Of a stretch of 64,000 bases of DNA, positions 49,151-62,389 are shown piece after piece. Position numbers and translations under genes: made by a program. How positions within the stretch are numbered: position 1 is the stretch's first letter; the number at the start of each line of letters is the position of its first letter. This stretch comes from Tubiluchus corallicola (Eukaryota > Animalia > Priapulida): NCBI GenBank assembly GCA_030141605.1, contig JAQGDQ010000072.1:124001-188000 (forward strand), read 5' to 3'. Below the pieces are notes generated by a model. The model was not told where the DNA came from. It saw only the letters and a program-made list of their open reading frames with translations, and made no database searches.

Positions 49151-50647
49151 ACTTTTGTAATGTTTGTGAATTTGTAAGCGTAACTGTTTTCACCCCCGCC
49201 AGCTACACTCTAATAGTTCGGTCCGTTACCAAGTCTTTGCATACGGACATCTATAAATACATTGCGTAGCATTGGTTCCGGTGGTCTAGTAGGTGCCTTT
49301 TACCATCTCGTCATCTGTTCCATTGGCGTGGAGAACGCAAGAAGAATAACCCGGCAGTTTATAAATAAATTTTACTTGCGACGTTTTATAAACGATTTTC
49401 TGTCTAAACATATTAACCATCCGTATCAGCATCACCCGGTTTCGCTATATATATATATATATATATAAAACCTTTCCTGACATCAAACGACACGGTGCAA
49501 TAATAGCACAGTTATATATACGAATAATATTCCATCGTACATTTTTAATAATGTTCACTAGCAATGTGATTATTAAATGGAGCTGCAACATATCAAAATG
49601 CGTTTTCAAAGTCAATTTTACACTACCGGATAATAGCATTGCGCTCGTACTAAAATTCTTCTGTCAACTACAGAACTAATAGAAAATGATAAACGTATTT
49701 ACAGATAGTAATTGCATAATACGCCAGGGACTTGGCTCCGTATACTAAATGTCACGACTTTGGCTTTGATATTGTGGCTGAAGGCGTGTTCCTACGCAAT
49801 TCAATGTGAAGTTTTTAAGCAATTATCAACAACCAGTTAAATGTATAGTAATTGGTTGTTGTATGTATACTAAAGCATACTATGTATAGTGTTGTATGTA
49901 TATTACTATACGCCGTTGTATGATTAGTAAATGTATACTAAAGCGTCTACAATATTAATTTATTGTTAGATCATGGAAGGTGAAGGTCACTTGAGTTATA
50001 TAGCCCAAGGCCCCAAGAGATATCTGACGCCTGTTTCCATGGCAATGCTAAAAAACCAGCTACGATCGTTTTGCAAATTCTCATCTGAGCAGCAAATTGC
50101 TAAAAAATGTGCTATCTTTTAGAATTTTATATTTTCGTAACGTTTAAAACGTGACTTATTACTTTTATTGGTAGTACTTGCAATTTTTGTCGGTTTGTTG
50201 GATGCTTGTCATTTGGTATAAAGAGCCTTGCTATGCAGACGGTCTCCCCCTCTATTGGCTGAGACCATAGATAGGTGGTCTTATTTCATTTCACTACTTT
50301 TGAGAAAATGGCTTTAAACAATAGGCTATTAGCCTTTTGAATGCTTTAGCAGTGTGTTAGTTCATTGCCAACAACACAGCAATAGGTCGTCCAAATGGTT
50401 ATTCAAAACAATGCCAGTGTCGAGTTTTGCCAGTGATGAAGGACCGTGCTGACGCCGACACTGCCAATGCAATGTGAATGCCAGTTATGCCACTCAAGTT
50501 TGATTTTCTTCAGTGTCTGCCGTAATTCTCGAAATGAACATCCAATAACACACTAACGCGCACTAGTGAGTAGTGACTCAGCTAGAAGAGCCCATTTATA
50601 GCGGGTATCAAACCACGCGCAATCACTATAAATCAATGACTTATTAA

Positions 50648-50935
50648 GGGTCCATTTACACGGAGCGCGTTTGACGCATCAGTCAGACACTTGCGTTTTC
50701 CGCAAGCGTCTTGGACGTAAGGGTGAATCTGTTTACTCGATGCGTTTTGTTCGTGCGACCTGTACGTGGTGACTCATTTTACAGGAGGCTGCCATGTGGT
50801 CGACACGTAACACGTGGCTTAAGAACACTGCCATAGTGTCTCTCCTGGTGTCTAAGAAAAAGAATATTAAATTTTCACGAAAAAAGAAACGAATTTAGGT
50901 AAGAATTTGGATAGCCGAGAGAGACCAACTTAAAA
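50648..50935 (+). mobile_element. Harbinger left end with transposase N-terminal remnant
   Basis: taa|gggtccatttacacgg terminus. From ATG 50794: ...SRKKKRI*VRIWIAERDQ, compared with the RRxWVRxWxxxR motif. Confidence 0.6.
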
Positions 50936-52779
50936 TCAGTTAACAGTAGACGTCATTGGGCCTACTGTTTATATACAAAGTAAATCTTCATTTACCACTG
51001 GTTTCCAATCTGTTGTGGGCAGCTGGCCTGTTATCTTTTCTATGATATAGCTCACTGTGTACATCCCACAGTGCATGCTCTGTATGAGATAGTTCAATCA
51101 ATTGCATTGTGGCCTTTTTGCCTTGTTAGTCTAGTTGCGACGCCATGCTGTCTCCAAAGTGCCACTAACAATGATAAGCTACGTCACCCGGCACTCATGT
51201 GACTCAAACTCATTTACCTGATTGGTTTGGTTCTTGTGTCGTGCTTGGGATGTCGCAAGAAACTAGAACATGCGTGTCGTGCATGCGTCTCACGCATGAG
51301 TCATGGAACCACATCGCCTGTACAGTTTACACGGTGCGTTTTTGGCGCATGTGTCTATATATAGGCCCCAACAAAACCGTCTGTATTTTTCAAGTACACG
51401 AGCGCAGAACTTTCCGAGAATGAATGCAGATGGAGACAGTAGTATAGTACATTTTATATACTTATGCTGTAAAAGGTACAATTATACTTGCCCTCGTACT
51501 GCAGCGTTTAATTTGCAAAAGGCGCAGGCTGATACTTTGACGAACATCTTAGTGTTAATATCCGAATATAATCTCAAACCGCCCTGCTCTTAATTCCCGA
51601 AATAAGTGATAATAACTTGTTGTTTCATTTCTTTGCCAAAACAACTTTTTTCTCACAAGTTCTTGTTCCTTCGATTTCGTTTTTTCTTTGCAACACGTTC
51701 TAAAACAAAGCTTTCCTTCATATTTCAGACGCCAAGTCAGAAATGAAAAGAATACCCCTCAACAAATGTGCATGTAACTGTCAGTGAAAATTGATCGTGA
51801 GCACAGAGTTTAGTGTTTTTAATGTCATTCTTTTGAATGTCAGTGTTTTGAAGCATTGTGTGGATTAGACATAACATTGTCTATTTTTTTATATAAGACC
51901 GCAAGCTCAAATTATTATTAGTATAGTCTTTTGTATTTATCCACATTTTGCACTGTCTGTCATCCTCGTTGTCATCATCGTTTTCCTGTTTTCTATTATA
52001 CTGCTTGCGCTTGCACTGTTATTATTATTTTTGTAAATAACATATTGCACAGTTATACACTAGATTTACATATAATTAGTAAGCACCTGATATTGTCGCC
52101 ACCCGCCCTTTAGCATATACATTATAACGTGTTGAGGGTTATTTGGTTAAAAACAAAATAACTACTGCCACCATTGTAACGTTTTGAGGGCTATTACATT
52201 CCTAATTTTTATATAATGATTAGGAAAATATACTACATGTATTTTCACGGGTTCGTCTGCTGTTTTATAAGGCTGTTTAGTTAAAAACAAAACAAGATGA
52301 AACATAGATTTTAAAGCTATAATTATTACGAAAGAAAGGAGTACAACAAGTCAACAATGAGAGTTCAAAATTACTACTAATGGCTTGCTGTGTAAACCCC
52401 CAAGGAAAGGTGAGGATAGGAAAATGAATGCGCATAACTTATCTGAATGTTCATGACGATGTTGTGCACAACTTGACGATCCTCCCACAATGACAACGTT
52501 GACGCCGGCAACATGACGATCCTCCATGAGCCATGACAATGCAGATGACGACAGCTAATCAACAGCTTCCAGCAACCCTCTTGTAGTCTACAACACCAAC
52601 GTACCAACAGCTGACTGGAATGGAATAACATCACACCTCTGTGGCTTGACCAGCTCTTCAAACCATGTAACAGCAACGAGACTGAGAAAGACAGGCTATG
52701 CAACAGGAACACTGCCCTTTTGGCCAAAACAACACTTAGCTCAGCTCTCCATGGTAATGAAAATGAAGTTACATCACAG

Positions 52780-52938
52780 ATCGTGTACCAGCCTTTCCAG
52801 ACAAATACGTTAACTACAGGTATGCTGGACTGGTCAGACCAACAACGAACGTCTGTACCAGTGAAAAGTATCAACTCAACTGTACTGTTCAAAACAGGTA
52901 TTGCTTTTTCTGCATAAGCGAACGAAGCACTCCAACAG
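52780..52938 (+). other. Candidate 159-bp coding exon (Cys-containing, phase 1-1)
   Basis: cag| open frame |gtaagt. The donor is consensus; the acceptor lacks a pyrimidine tract. Confidence 0.22.
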
Positions 52939-53052
52939 GTAAGTACAAACCATTTTAAGTGACAGGGGTGAGGAGATGATGAAATGAAAGAACACATACA
53001 GCAGTGTAAGCCAAGCAAGCCATTTACTATCAAAATTAGGAACATGCACCTC

Positions 53053-53093
<41 letters not shown>

Positions 53094-53213
53094 CACTCAG
53101 TCTAAATCGTTTTTTATTGGTACATTGCCCTGCACATAGTGTGTCACTTGAGGTTTTCTATAAACTTCATTTTAATACTCTTCTACTAATTATTTGTGTT
53201 ACTAACAACTTAA

Positions 53214-55951
53214 GAACGAGTCCGCGAGAGCACCATGCAGGGTGTGGCACATGAGGGGCGACGAATTTATATCATTTTTTTCTAACATGAAGGGCGACCC
53301 CCCAAAACCATGTAACCAAGATATCAAATCGATCGAGCTACTATTGGCAGAGAAAGGACCACATTAAGAAATTGACCTCAAAAGAGGCAAAAAATCGCTA
53401 TTTTGGGGGGGTTATTTAAACTTTTTCTCCTGTATAAACTATTATACGTGGGTCGATGTAAGTTGGCTGGTACATAGACCCAGACATTGTCTTCTGATAT
53501 CCTAACTTCTTCTGACATACTATTAATAGTATCAGAGAACGGCATTTTTCAAATTTGCCTCTTTGTTAAGAGTCCAGGTACAGGTTAAGTTGTAGGGCTC
53601 ATAACTCGCCCACTGCGGGGCTACAGAACTTCTGATTTTCATGTATGTGTTAACCATCATCCTCACTAATAATATAAAAAAGAAAATTCGCTGAAGCCTG
53701 TTTCAGTATTTAGTACTGGCACTTTGAAATTTCACAAAAATCAGCAAAATTCCCCTTTTTTATAGTTTTTCAATATTTTTTCTATCTATATGCTGAATTA
53801 TAAGTGACAAATCTGTATTCTAAATTTCATGAAGACGCACGAGCTGAGATAATATCACGAATGACATTATATAGAGGGGGCACTGTTAGAAAAAACTGCC
53901 TTATCAACACACTTTTTTACTTTCCATAGAAATTCCGTCCATGTGTAAAAAGTAGACATACTTGGCTCAGTAGACAGTAGACATTTAGCCACCTTTAACC
54001 TGCATTTTCTGTGACTAGTGCTCTCATTTCCTAGTAGCAATAGATTCCTTTGCCATGGAAATTGCTAGAAATTTGCGAATTTCATCTTAAATTGGTTTAG
54101 TTATGTCGGAATTTTCATATGACTACAAATATGAATAATTGCCTCTTCTGATGGATTTCTGGACAGGACATCATGCATGCCCCAGGTACTTAGTCCGACC
54201 TTGATTCAAGGCATTCTCTACACACCGATTCGCTAGTGGATACCAGGAAAGACTAAACAATAAGCCCTCTAATAGAAAAGAAGTACCGATTGTTAAGACT
54301 GAGAGTCATTGCTAGCTAAAGAATCTCACAACACTTGGTATATACATATAAAATAGAAATCCGTTCATTTTTATACATTCGTTCATTTTTTATACTTTTT
54401 ATATGAATAAGCTTCATGTCTATACATAAAAGATAATGAATATCAGTACAAAAATGAAAAACTACAAAACTCAAGTCAGAATTAATTTCTCTAAGTCCAA
54501 AATACTGTTCCTATTGTAGCAGCATAATCCTATCACTGAAGAGTAGTACAAGTAATCAAAACCATAATATCTAAATAATAGAGAAAGAATTATCGATGCA
54601 GGTAGATTATCCCTAGAAGATAGATACAGAAATATAGACAAATATATCATGGGGAAAGTGATGAAGCTTACAGTCTAAACATGAGACAATATAAGCGTAT
54701 GGGCCGCTTCTAGGGGGATAGCGGTGATATTTAGCTCAGAAAATTTTTTTCGCCCAAAATTTATTTGTGGCACAAAATCGATACTTCTGACAAAAAATAT
54801 TAACAGTGTGATTGAATGATTGCGCCAATGGCACAAAAATTTTCGATGTTTTACAGTAAAAAAATCACCAGACAAATGATATTTTGGGGGAAGTCTGTCC
54901 CATACTTTTTGGGCATTCGCTCAGATTTAGGGCAATTTTCTTTGTGTCCTGGCTTGTACGCCTATGTAAGACAATGAGTAATAACTAGGTAATAACCTGT
55001 ACATAACATTTACAAAGCATAGAAAATAAACAGTACATAAAACATTTTCCAGTCCTTGCAAGAAGCAATTTCCATTCCATAGATATTTCATTTTTTTGAA
55101 GATGGTAGCGCTATAAATGCGGTCCAGTGTCTTCAGTACAGGCTAATAGATTCACAATATTCGTTTCGTGCGGATAACTAGTCAGAATACCGCATTTAAC
55201 GCTGGTAAACAGCCCAGAAAACGAACATTTTAGTTCAGCAATGGCCGCCATCTTGAATGCTAGAGTCCAGTCCTGTCGGTAGTTTAACCAATGAGCTGTC
55301 CAGGCCCCTAGTTGCCAAAGATGAATATTTATGACGTTTTGAAGTATTTTGACAAGATTTGACAACTCATGTTACCTACACGAAGCTTTTTGATGAACGT
55401 TGTTACCTATATTTTCACCCTGATATATGCCTCTTTCATGGGTCATTTACAATAGGGTGGAAATTCGCTCCATCGAAATTGTCACTGCAACATAGTGAGA
55501 TGGAATGCTCTATCCCTATCGATATTTTTGTTCCCGCCCCCGCAGTGGGTGAGATATAAGACTTTGAAATGACGGAGTATTTGCATCTTGTGCGTAATGC
55601 GAGCTTAAAGACCCCCAGTAGAGCTGAAAGAGGGGCGTTTGGGACAAAAGTCGAAAAGTCATTTTGGAGAAGATAACAAGACCCAATACTGTGCAGAGTC
55701 AGATCTATTCAAACTCAGTGGTTGTTGCATGGTTAATCCTTCAAATATGAGTAAAAAGGTAGAGAAAAATAGGCATTTCATGAAAATCGGCCTATGCCGT
55801 ACCTCTGCTACTACGAGGAGTTGGACCAAGCGGATTCACATAGTGAATACTAGTGACTAGTGGACCTCATACCCGAACTTTGGTCTGAATCGGTTTACCT
55901 AACCTTGTGCGGAATTTTTCGATTTTGCATGGTCTTCTCGCGGACGCGTTC
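53214..55951. mobile_element. Non-autonomous TTAA-targeting element (Kolobok-like), 2738 bp
   Basis: 26-bp TIRs gaacgagtccgcgagagcaccatgca vs rc gaacgcgtccgcgagaagaccatgca (3 mismatches). TTAA at 53210-13 and 55952-55. Confidence 0.85.
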
Positions 55952-56677
55952 TTAATACTTAGGCATATTTAGATATGTAAGATTATAACAATTACATACG
56001 TGCATTTTATTGCCCATTTTTTGTAGCCTGTAACTGCTGTAAGTGTACTTAAATATTGTTCTGCAAATAATGTTGTGGCATGTAACATATTTCTGTATGT
56101 TGTTTAGGGTATTGTGTTATTATGTATGTATTGTGTTAGCTAGTATGTGTGTACAGTAACTCCCGGTGCGGGTATTGTGTCTATAGTAAATGTGCTGAGT
56201 AGTATAATGACACTGTTTTTATCTTAAATGAAACTGCATCATTTGTAATAATATTTGCACAAGAACTAAAGTAGTTACATTTTAGGTAATGTTATTTTGT
56301 AAATATTCTTCGTTAGTTTATTCTACCAATAGTGTGTTCACTGCTGGAATGATGTAAGATTTTTTAAATTTTTTTGATTGTAGATTACAGTATTTGTTCA
56401 TAGTATGCGTACTGAACTTTATTATTTAACATTCAATATTTCTGAGCTATTTCATTTGTCATCAGAAAGTTGGTAGTTTTGTAGATGTTTTGAAAAGTAG
56501 ATCAAAGAATACAAGCCAATCTCCATTTTCTTTATGCAGTTTCCTAACAGGCAGTTTTTGTTAGGAAACGATTTGAGTAAGCCAGAAACTGTCTTGATAC
56601 AAAGCTGCTTATCCGACCGTCAACAGTCAAAATTGGTTCAAATCAGAGTGAATTCAAGCTCTTAAGCAAATGTGTAC

Positions 56678-57621
56678 TTTAATGGCCCGTGCATACAGGG
56701 GCAGACCATAGGGACCAATTAATGGTAATCGCTGCTAAGTTCGATCAGTTCCTTGGCCGAGCTAGGGGTACTAACCGACTGCCCACTAAAGGAAACAGAC
56801 AGTAGCTGAACGTAGGCAGACTGTACGGGGGCTCTACCTGAATAGCATGGATTCTTTTGTGGTGTGATGGATGAAAAACAGGCTTTTTATCTATACCTCA
56901 AAAATCAAACTGTAAACAGTCAAATAAGTAACAAGATATTAAGTTTAGTGACGCAATAAAAATATCAAACAGTTGTGAAATTTAGCTATCTGCAAACAAT
57001 GGAAATTATTAATAGGCAAAAGTAAATCTGAAAATGCTACTAAACAGCATGGCATGAAATAAATGCAATGGCAAAACATACAAAAATCATACAGTGTTCC
57101 TAACTGTTTAAAGGGTTCCTACTTATTCTACCAGCCACCCCAAACGCGTACGCATGCGATGGACTATCGAGCTGGGCACCTTTCCAACTGCACGACGGTG
57201 CTCTCACATGATCCGAAACGACATCTTCCCGGCATGGTAAGATCAGCAAAGCCATGTAAACCAATGAGTGGACATCTTCCACCACCACAAATAGATCATT
57301 AGCTTTTCAAACGTCAGCTAATGGACAATCAGGTAAAACGTGAAAACGCAGTTTAACCAACCAAATCAAGTTGCATATCCTGTCAGTGAAATCTATGTCA
57401 TGAACGTACAGAAATCTATGCGTTTGGCTTCAATCCGATTAAATGCACAAACGTACAGTTACACGTTCAGCCAAATTGTACCTAGTTGGTTGTAACAATC
57501 TAGAAACAATTTACACTTAGTGAGCATAAGTAAAGAGAAGCTGGTTTCAAAATAGAAAATAAAGCTTAATGTTTATCTGCAAGTTAAAGTACGTCTCAAT
57601 GATGTAATCAGGGTCATTACA
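56678..57621. mobile_element. Solo LTR-like insertion, 944 bp
   Basis: 5-bp TSD tgtac at 56673-77 and 57622-26. Ends tttaatggccc / gggtcattaca. Excision restores SKCVPHGS (cf. KGVPQGS). Confidence 0.75.
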
Positions 57622-58574
57622 TGTACCACATGGCTCCTAGTGGGGCCCACGATTTTTTTATATCTTTATATATGATATTTTTCATGTTGTCACCAAATCA
57701 GACCTGGCAAATTATGCAGATGATAATACAATAAACTATGCAGACAAGGACTTTTGTACATGGAAAAGAACCCTTGAGACAGAAGCCGAAGCTCTAGTAA
57801 TTTGGTTTCAGGCAAATGGAATGCAAGGAAACCTAGACAAATTCCAAGATATAACATTTGCCCCCAGACCTGTGGATAGACATACCTCTTTTACTGTCAA
57901 AAATGTAGCAGTGCAAAGTGCCAATGAAGTTAAACTACTCGGTATAAATAAAGATAATCAGTTAAAATTCAACCGTCATGTGTCAAAAATTTGTACAAAA
58001 GCTGGGCAGCAATTAAACACTTTGAAACGTGTTGGAAGAAAACTGTCTCTGAATGCCGAAAATTAATCTCTAATTAATTTCTGTCTACCAGTATGACATT
58101 TCTGTAGTGTGTCTAATGAATAAAAACTTGAGAAACTGAATTATCGCGCATTACGTTATGTGCATCATGATTTCGAGAACAGTTATGAAGACCGTCTTAT
58201 TAAAGATAAAAGTATTTCCCTCCCTCTGTATAGAACTAAACTCATTGCTATTGAGGTATACAAAATCATAGCTAAGTCAGGCCTTCGTAAGCGGCGAAAT
58301 ACGATTTTAGAAATTCCTCGATGAAACTCGAATAGCCTGATTTAATTTCATGCGTTATAAAGGGAGTTTCAAATATTATGGTGCTCATGTATGGAATGAG
58401 CTACCGAACAGTATGAGAAAGGCTGAAACTTTCAAGGAATTCCGCAGATTATTATCTGTCTGGAACGGCAGCAAATGTAAATGTGACATGTGTAAATCTT
58501 TGTGATAAATGCGATAATTACTATAACGTACATGTATAGATAACGTGCTATTTTAATCCTGCTTTTTATATGTA

Positions 58575-58713
<139 letters not shown>

Positions 58714-58789
58714 GGTTCAACAGCTTTTAGGACCTTGTGTTTTCTATTTGCACAAGCACATACCGACTTTAAATAAAGATTATCATTGA

Positions 58790-60300
58790 TTACCACCACG
58801 TTGTAACATTATGACTAGGACCCAAATGTGTAAATGTATTTTCCAGTAATCTAGTACAATCTAATAATATAAAATTGCCATTACTGCACATTTCAGTAGG
58901 TATTTGACAAAAATAATTGTCGGGATGTGCATTAAAATCGCCAAAAAAGGATATATCGTTAGATAGAAATTCTTCAAATATAGAAGTAATTAACCCCAAA
59001 TAGAGCTGAAATTCATAAATATCTTCCATAAGGGAGATAAGCATTGTACGGGAACAACACACACATCAATTTATTTGGAAGGGATAGTTTAATACCCATT
59101 ATGCGATATTCGTTCGGTTGGATGGATTTCTGCAAATCGGTTAATATTTTTCTTCCACAATATAGAAGGCCATCAAGGGGATGGCACTCAAGAAGACCCG
59201 AAGAGTAAGTACAGGGAATGTATATTAGTTAAGAAATGAGATTCTTCCCTAGGAAGCATTATTTCCTGAAGGAAGACTGTCATTATTATCGCATAATGAT
59301 TTTACCGTTTGTAATGCGTCTGTCTTAACAGAATTACAGTTATACGACACAACTTTAAGTCTGGACATAGACCTATTATTTGAGTTATTAATTACATTAA
59401 AAATAGCTGCCATGATAAAACAATAAAGGTAATAAAGTAAAATCAATATTAAGCAGATCCTAAATCATTAGCACTCTGAAAACTTTGATTATGAACTTCA
59501 GCACTAACAGATAATCTAAACTGTTCTGTTCTGACCATTCGTTGGTTGTGGTTTACTTTGCCGTGTTGTAAGGTTTGATAAAAGTGCCATTAGGCCAGGT
59601 AATAGGGTCCATAAGCTCCTGCTACTCATCAGGGAAGCAAGTTATAACAAACGAGAAGTAAGACTGATATATTTTTTCTTTTTTTTCTTTTTTCTCTATA
59701 GAAACAGTAAGTTTCTTGTTAGCATTTATAGCATTCTGTTTATTCTCCCCCAGAAAGTTTGATGAGAAATAGTGTAATAATGTTGTTATAAATAATAATA
59801 ATAATTAATATGACAACCATGTTATTGATTAAAGCTGAAAACCAGTATTGTAAATGGTTCAGTTGCCCTTTAAATCCAAGATTTAGGAATTTAAGTACTG
59901 CGGGTTGGTTTGTAGCATTCAATTTTCTGCGCGATATGAAGCCACCTGATCAACTTGTGAATGCGGAGAGGTGACTCAGAAAACTCGTCACGATATAGGT
60001 GTACAAGGTAGAAAACAGTTGAGCTTTGGTATTGGACCTGAAGACATTACATAGGTCAGACTTTTCGAAATGGCAGTTTGCTGAACTTTTGAATGAAAAT
60101 GTCTATCCATTTTGCTACTTTTGATTCCTACCGTCGTAGTTGATGGGTGATGATTTTGGACAGTTAATGGAGTCTGTCTGCCTGTTGAGCGATAGACGAG
60201 AATGACAGGACCGTCCAGTGCAGTTTTCTTGTTTTTTAGGACACCAAGAGGTGTCTAGAGCTTCAGACTATCCCACGGGATCCCGATCTGTAAGTTGACT
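58790..60300 (-). pseudogene. Decayed LINE 5' part (ORF1 C-terminus plus APE)
   Basis: FSFVITC...DPITWPNGTFIKPY, MSRLKVVSYNCNSVK, FFGDFNAHP. Confidence 0.7.
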
Positions 60301-60949
60301 TACTATGCAGCGTATCATGATATTTACAATTGATAAATGTTCGATATAAACGTGAGCCTACACGAGTTGAAGTCATGCCAGACATTGAAATTATGCATGA
60401 TGTTTAGTAACGAAATGTTTCCTGGATGCTGCCGATTGACACGTGACGTCACAGCCCTGAATGCTACTCTTAACCCGTTAACTTGCTAGCATTTCTCCAG
60501 GGGTGGCTGGTATTTAGGATAAGCCCTTAGACGAACATTTTGTTTCGGTTAGTTTAGCTTATATTCCAATGGAAATATTGCCAAGCCATTATAATATGTT
60601 TAATTATGAAAACTGTTTATTTTTGGTGCTATTGCTTAATTTTGCTTACGATTTTGCATATAACTTTTTCTGATATTTTTGCTTATATTTTGTTTCGACA
60701 TATTGTGCTTTAATGACGTATTTCATCGTTTTGCTTTTGGTGCCTAATGTTTTGTCATTAAATTTCATTGCAGTATACTATAATTATTATTGTTGCATCA
60801 TTGTCATGTGCCATTTAACTGAATTAACAGACAAGTGCTAATACAGAACCCCACAAGAACCAATAACATCTTGAAGTGGTTCCGTCCCCCGTAGACTACC
60901 CTTGCTGCGAAGCCACTATCTGGAGTTTTGTGGGCAGATCCCTCTTTAA

Positions 60950-61850
60950 AGTAAAATTTTATGTAAACTTTTTGCTCGGTCAAGGAGTCTCCAGTGACTA
61001 CCTTACGTCTAGCCAGGCCTGCCCCATCTGCACTGGTCGTAACACCATTTACATGCGACATTACCTCAGCTTCAATGGTTTCTGGGTCTAGTCTCGTGGA
61101 GACTTCGTTTGCACTCGAATGCGTGAAGCGCGAAGATTGGATTCAGAACCATTACTGCCTGTTCCACTAACAATATGTCGTTGCGTTTGAATATTACGTA
61201 ACTGGATCTTCTTTCCTCCAGGGCCCTTTTGTCCAATTTGAAATAAGGGTTTATCACACTCATGATTTTGAGTGTTTTACTTTTCAGAACGTTGAACAGA
61301 TTGCGCACCTTTGGTTTTGAGATTTTTGTCAGCTATACCGGCAAATGTTGAGGACCTTGTTTACAAGCAGAACTTGAAAGGTGTCGTGTGACCTTGGTTT
61401 CACGGAAGATTTCATAGTATCTGGAAATTCTGATCTTTTAACATAATTGCACTTCCAGTTGATGTTTGATTATCGGTACTTTTCTGACTAAAGCCGTAGC
61501 ATCGATAAAGTCCAGAGAAACAGGAGGAATTTTATGGATAGGCAGCTACAAATCTAATTTCAGGCGTTCTCTCCCTGAAAACAGCATGATGCAAAATATC
61601 CTGCACAGAGCCTGTTTTCTTTCCCGGCCCGATTCTATTTTTCAAAAACTCTGCCTTATTATCACTGTTGTAGCTAGGAGAGGTAATAAACAAGCTACAC
61701 AAAAGTTCTTTGGCCGTCAAGAGTTCTTGCTTGCTATAGAAATCTAAGATGAACTTCGCTGCATCATCACCAGGAGTACCGGTGTCGAGCTGATTTTGTG
61801 CAAAGTAGAGCAGCTCATTATGCACAATTTTTTTTACATCCCTTTATAAT
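60950..61850 (-). pseudogene. Decayed ORF1-like sequence of a CR1-group LINE
   Basis: NELLYF...ILDFYSKQELLTAKELL resembles an ORF1 N-terminal pattern recalled from invertebrate CR1-group elements. Confidence 0.5.
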
Positions 61851-62389
61851 TTGTGTTTATTTGAACACATGCAGATTCACTATCACTTTGACCTTGACTA
61901 GTATAAGGTACGCAAAATTGTTCAGCACACTTGGCACAAGACGACATACTGACTGCCTCAAGAAAACATCAGGTTCTGTATTTTTACTTTGATTCAAAAA
62001 TCATTTAGTATATATGTTGAGATATGTTATAACTTACATTCATAGTTCGAGAAAGCTTATAGTCTTAACGGCCTATTTTAGGCGTGCAAGTCCGTAATGT
62101 GCATGTCCGTAAGTCTTGTGGCCATACCAAGTTTGCAAGTGCCAAACTGCAGATAAAGTAACAATTTTTCACTTTAGTTGTACATTCACAGCACGCGTCT
62201 TGTATTTATAGATCTTCGTGTAGCTTTTGAAAACTCTATCATCCATATTTCAAACTAACTTGCTATTTTTCATATGATAGCAGCTTTAGGGTTAGCGTGT
62301 AATTCTTGAGTTATTTGCTGATAATAATAGAGCTGATCCAATAATAGTATTCTGTATATATATCATAGTTTGAACATTTAAAAAATACT

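Noticed and set aside
52377-53096. 239-aa minus-strand ORF as a gene
   Set aside because: It starts in an (AT)n tract, has no recognisable motif and has composition typical of an antisense frame.
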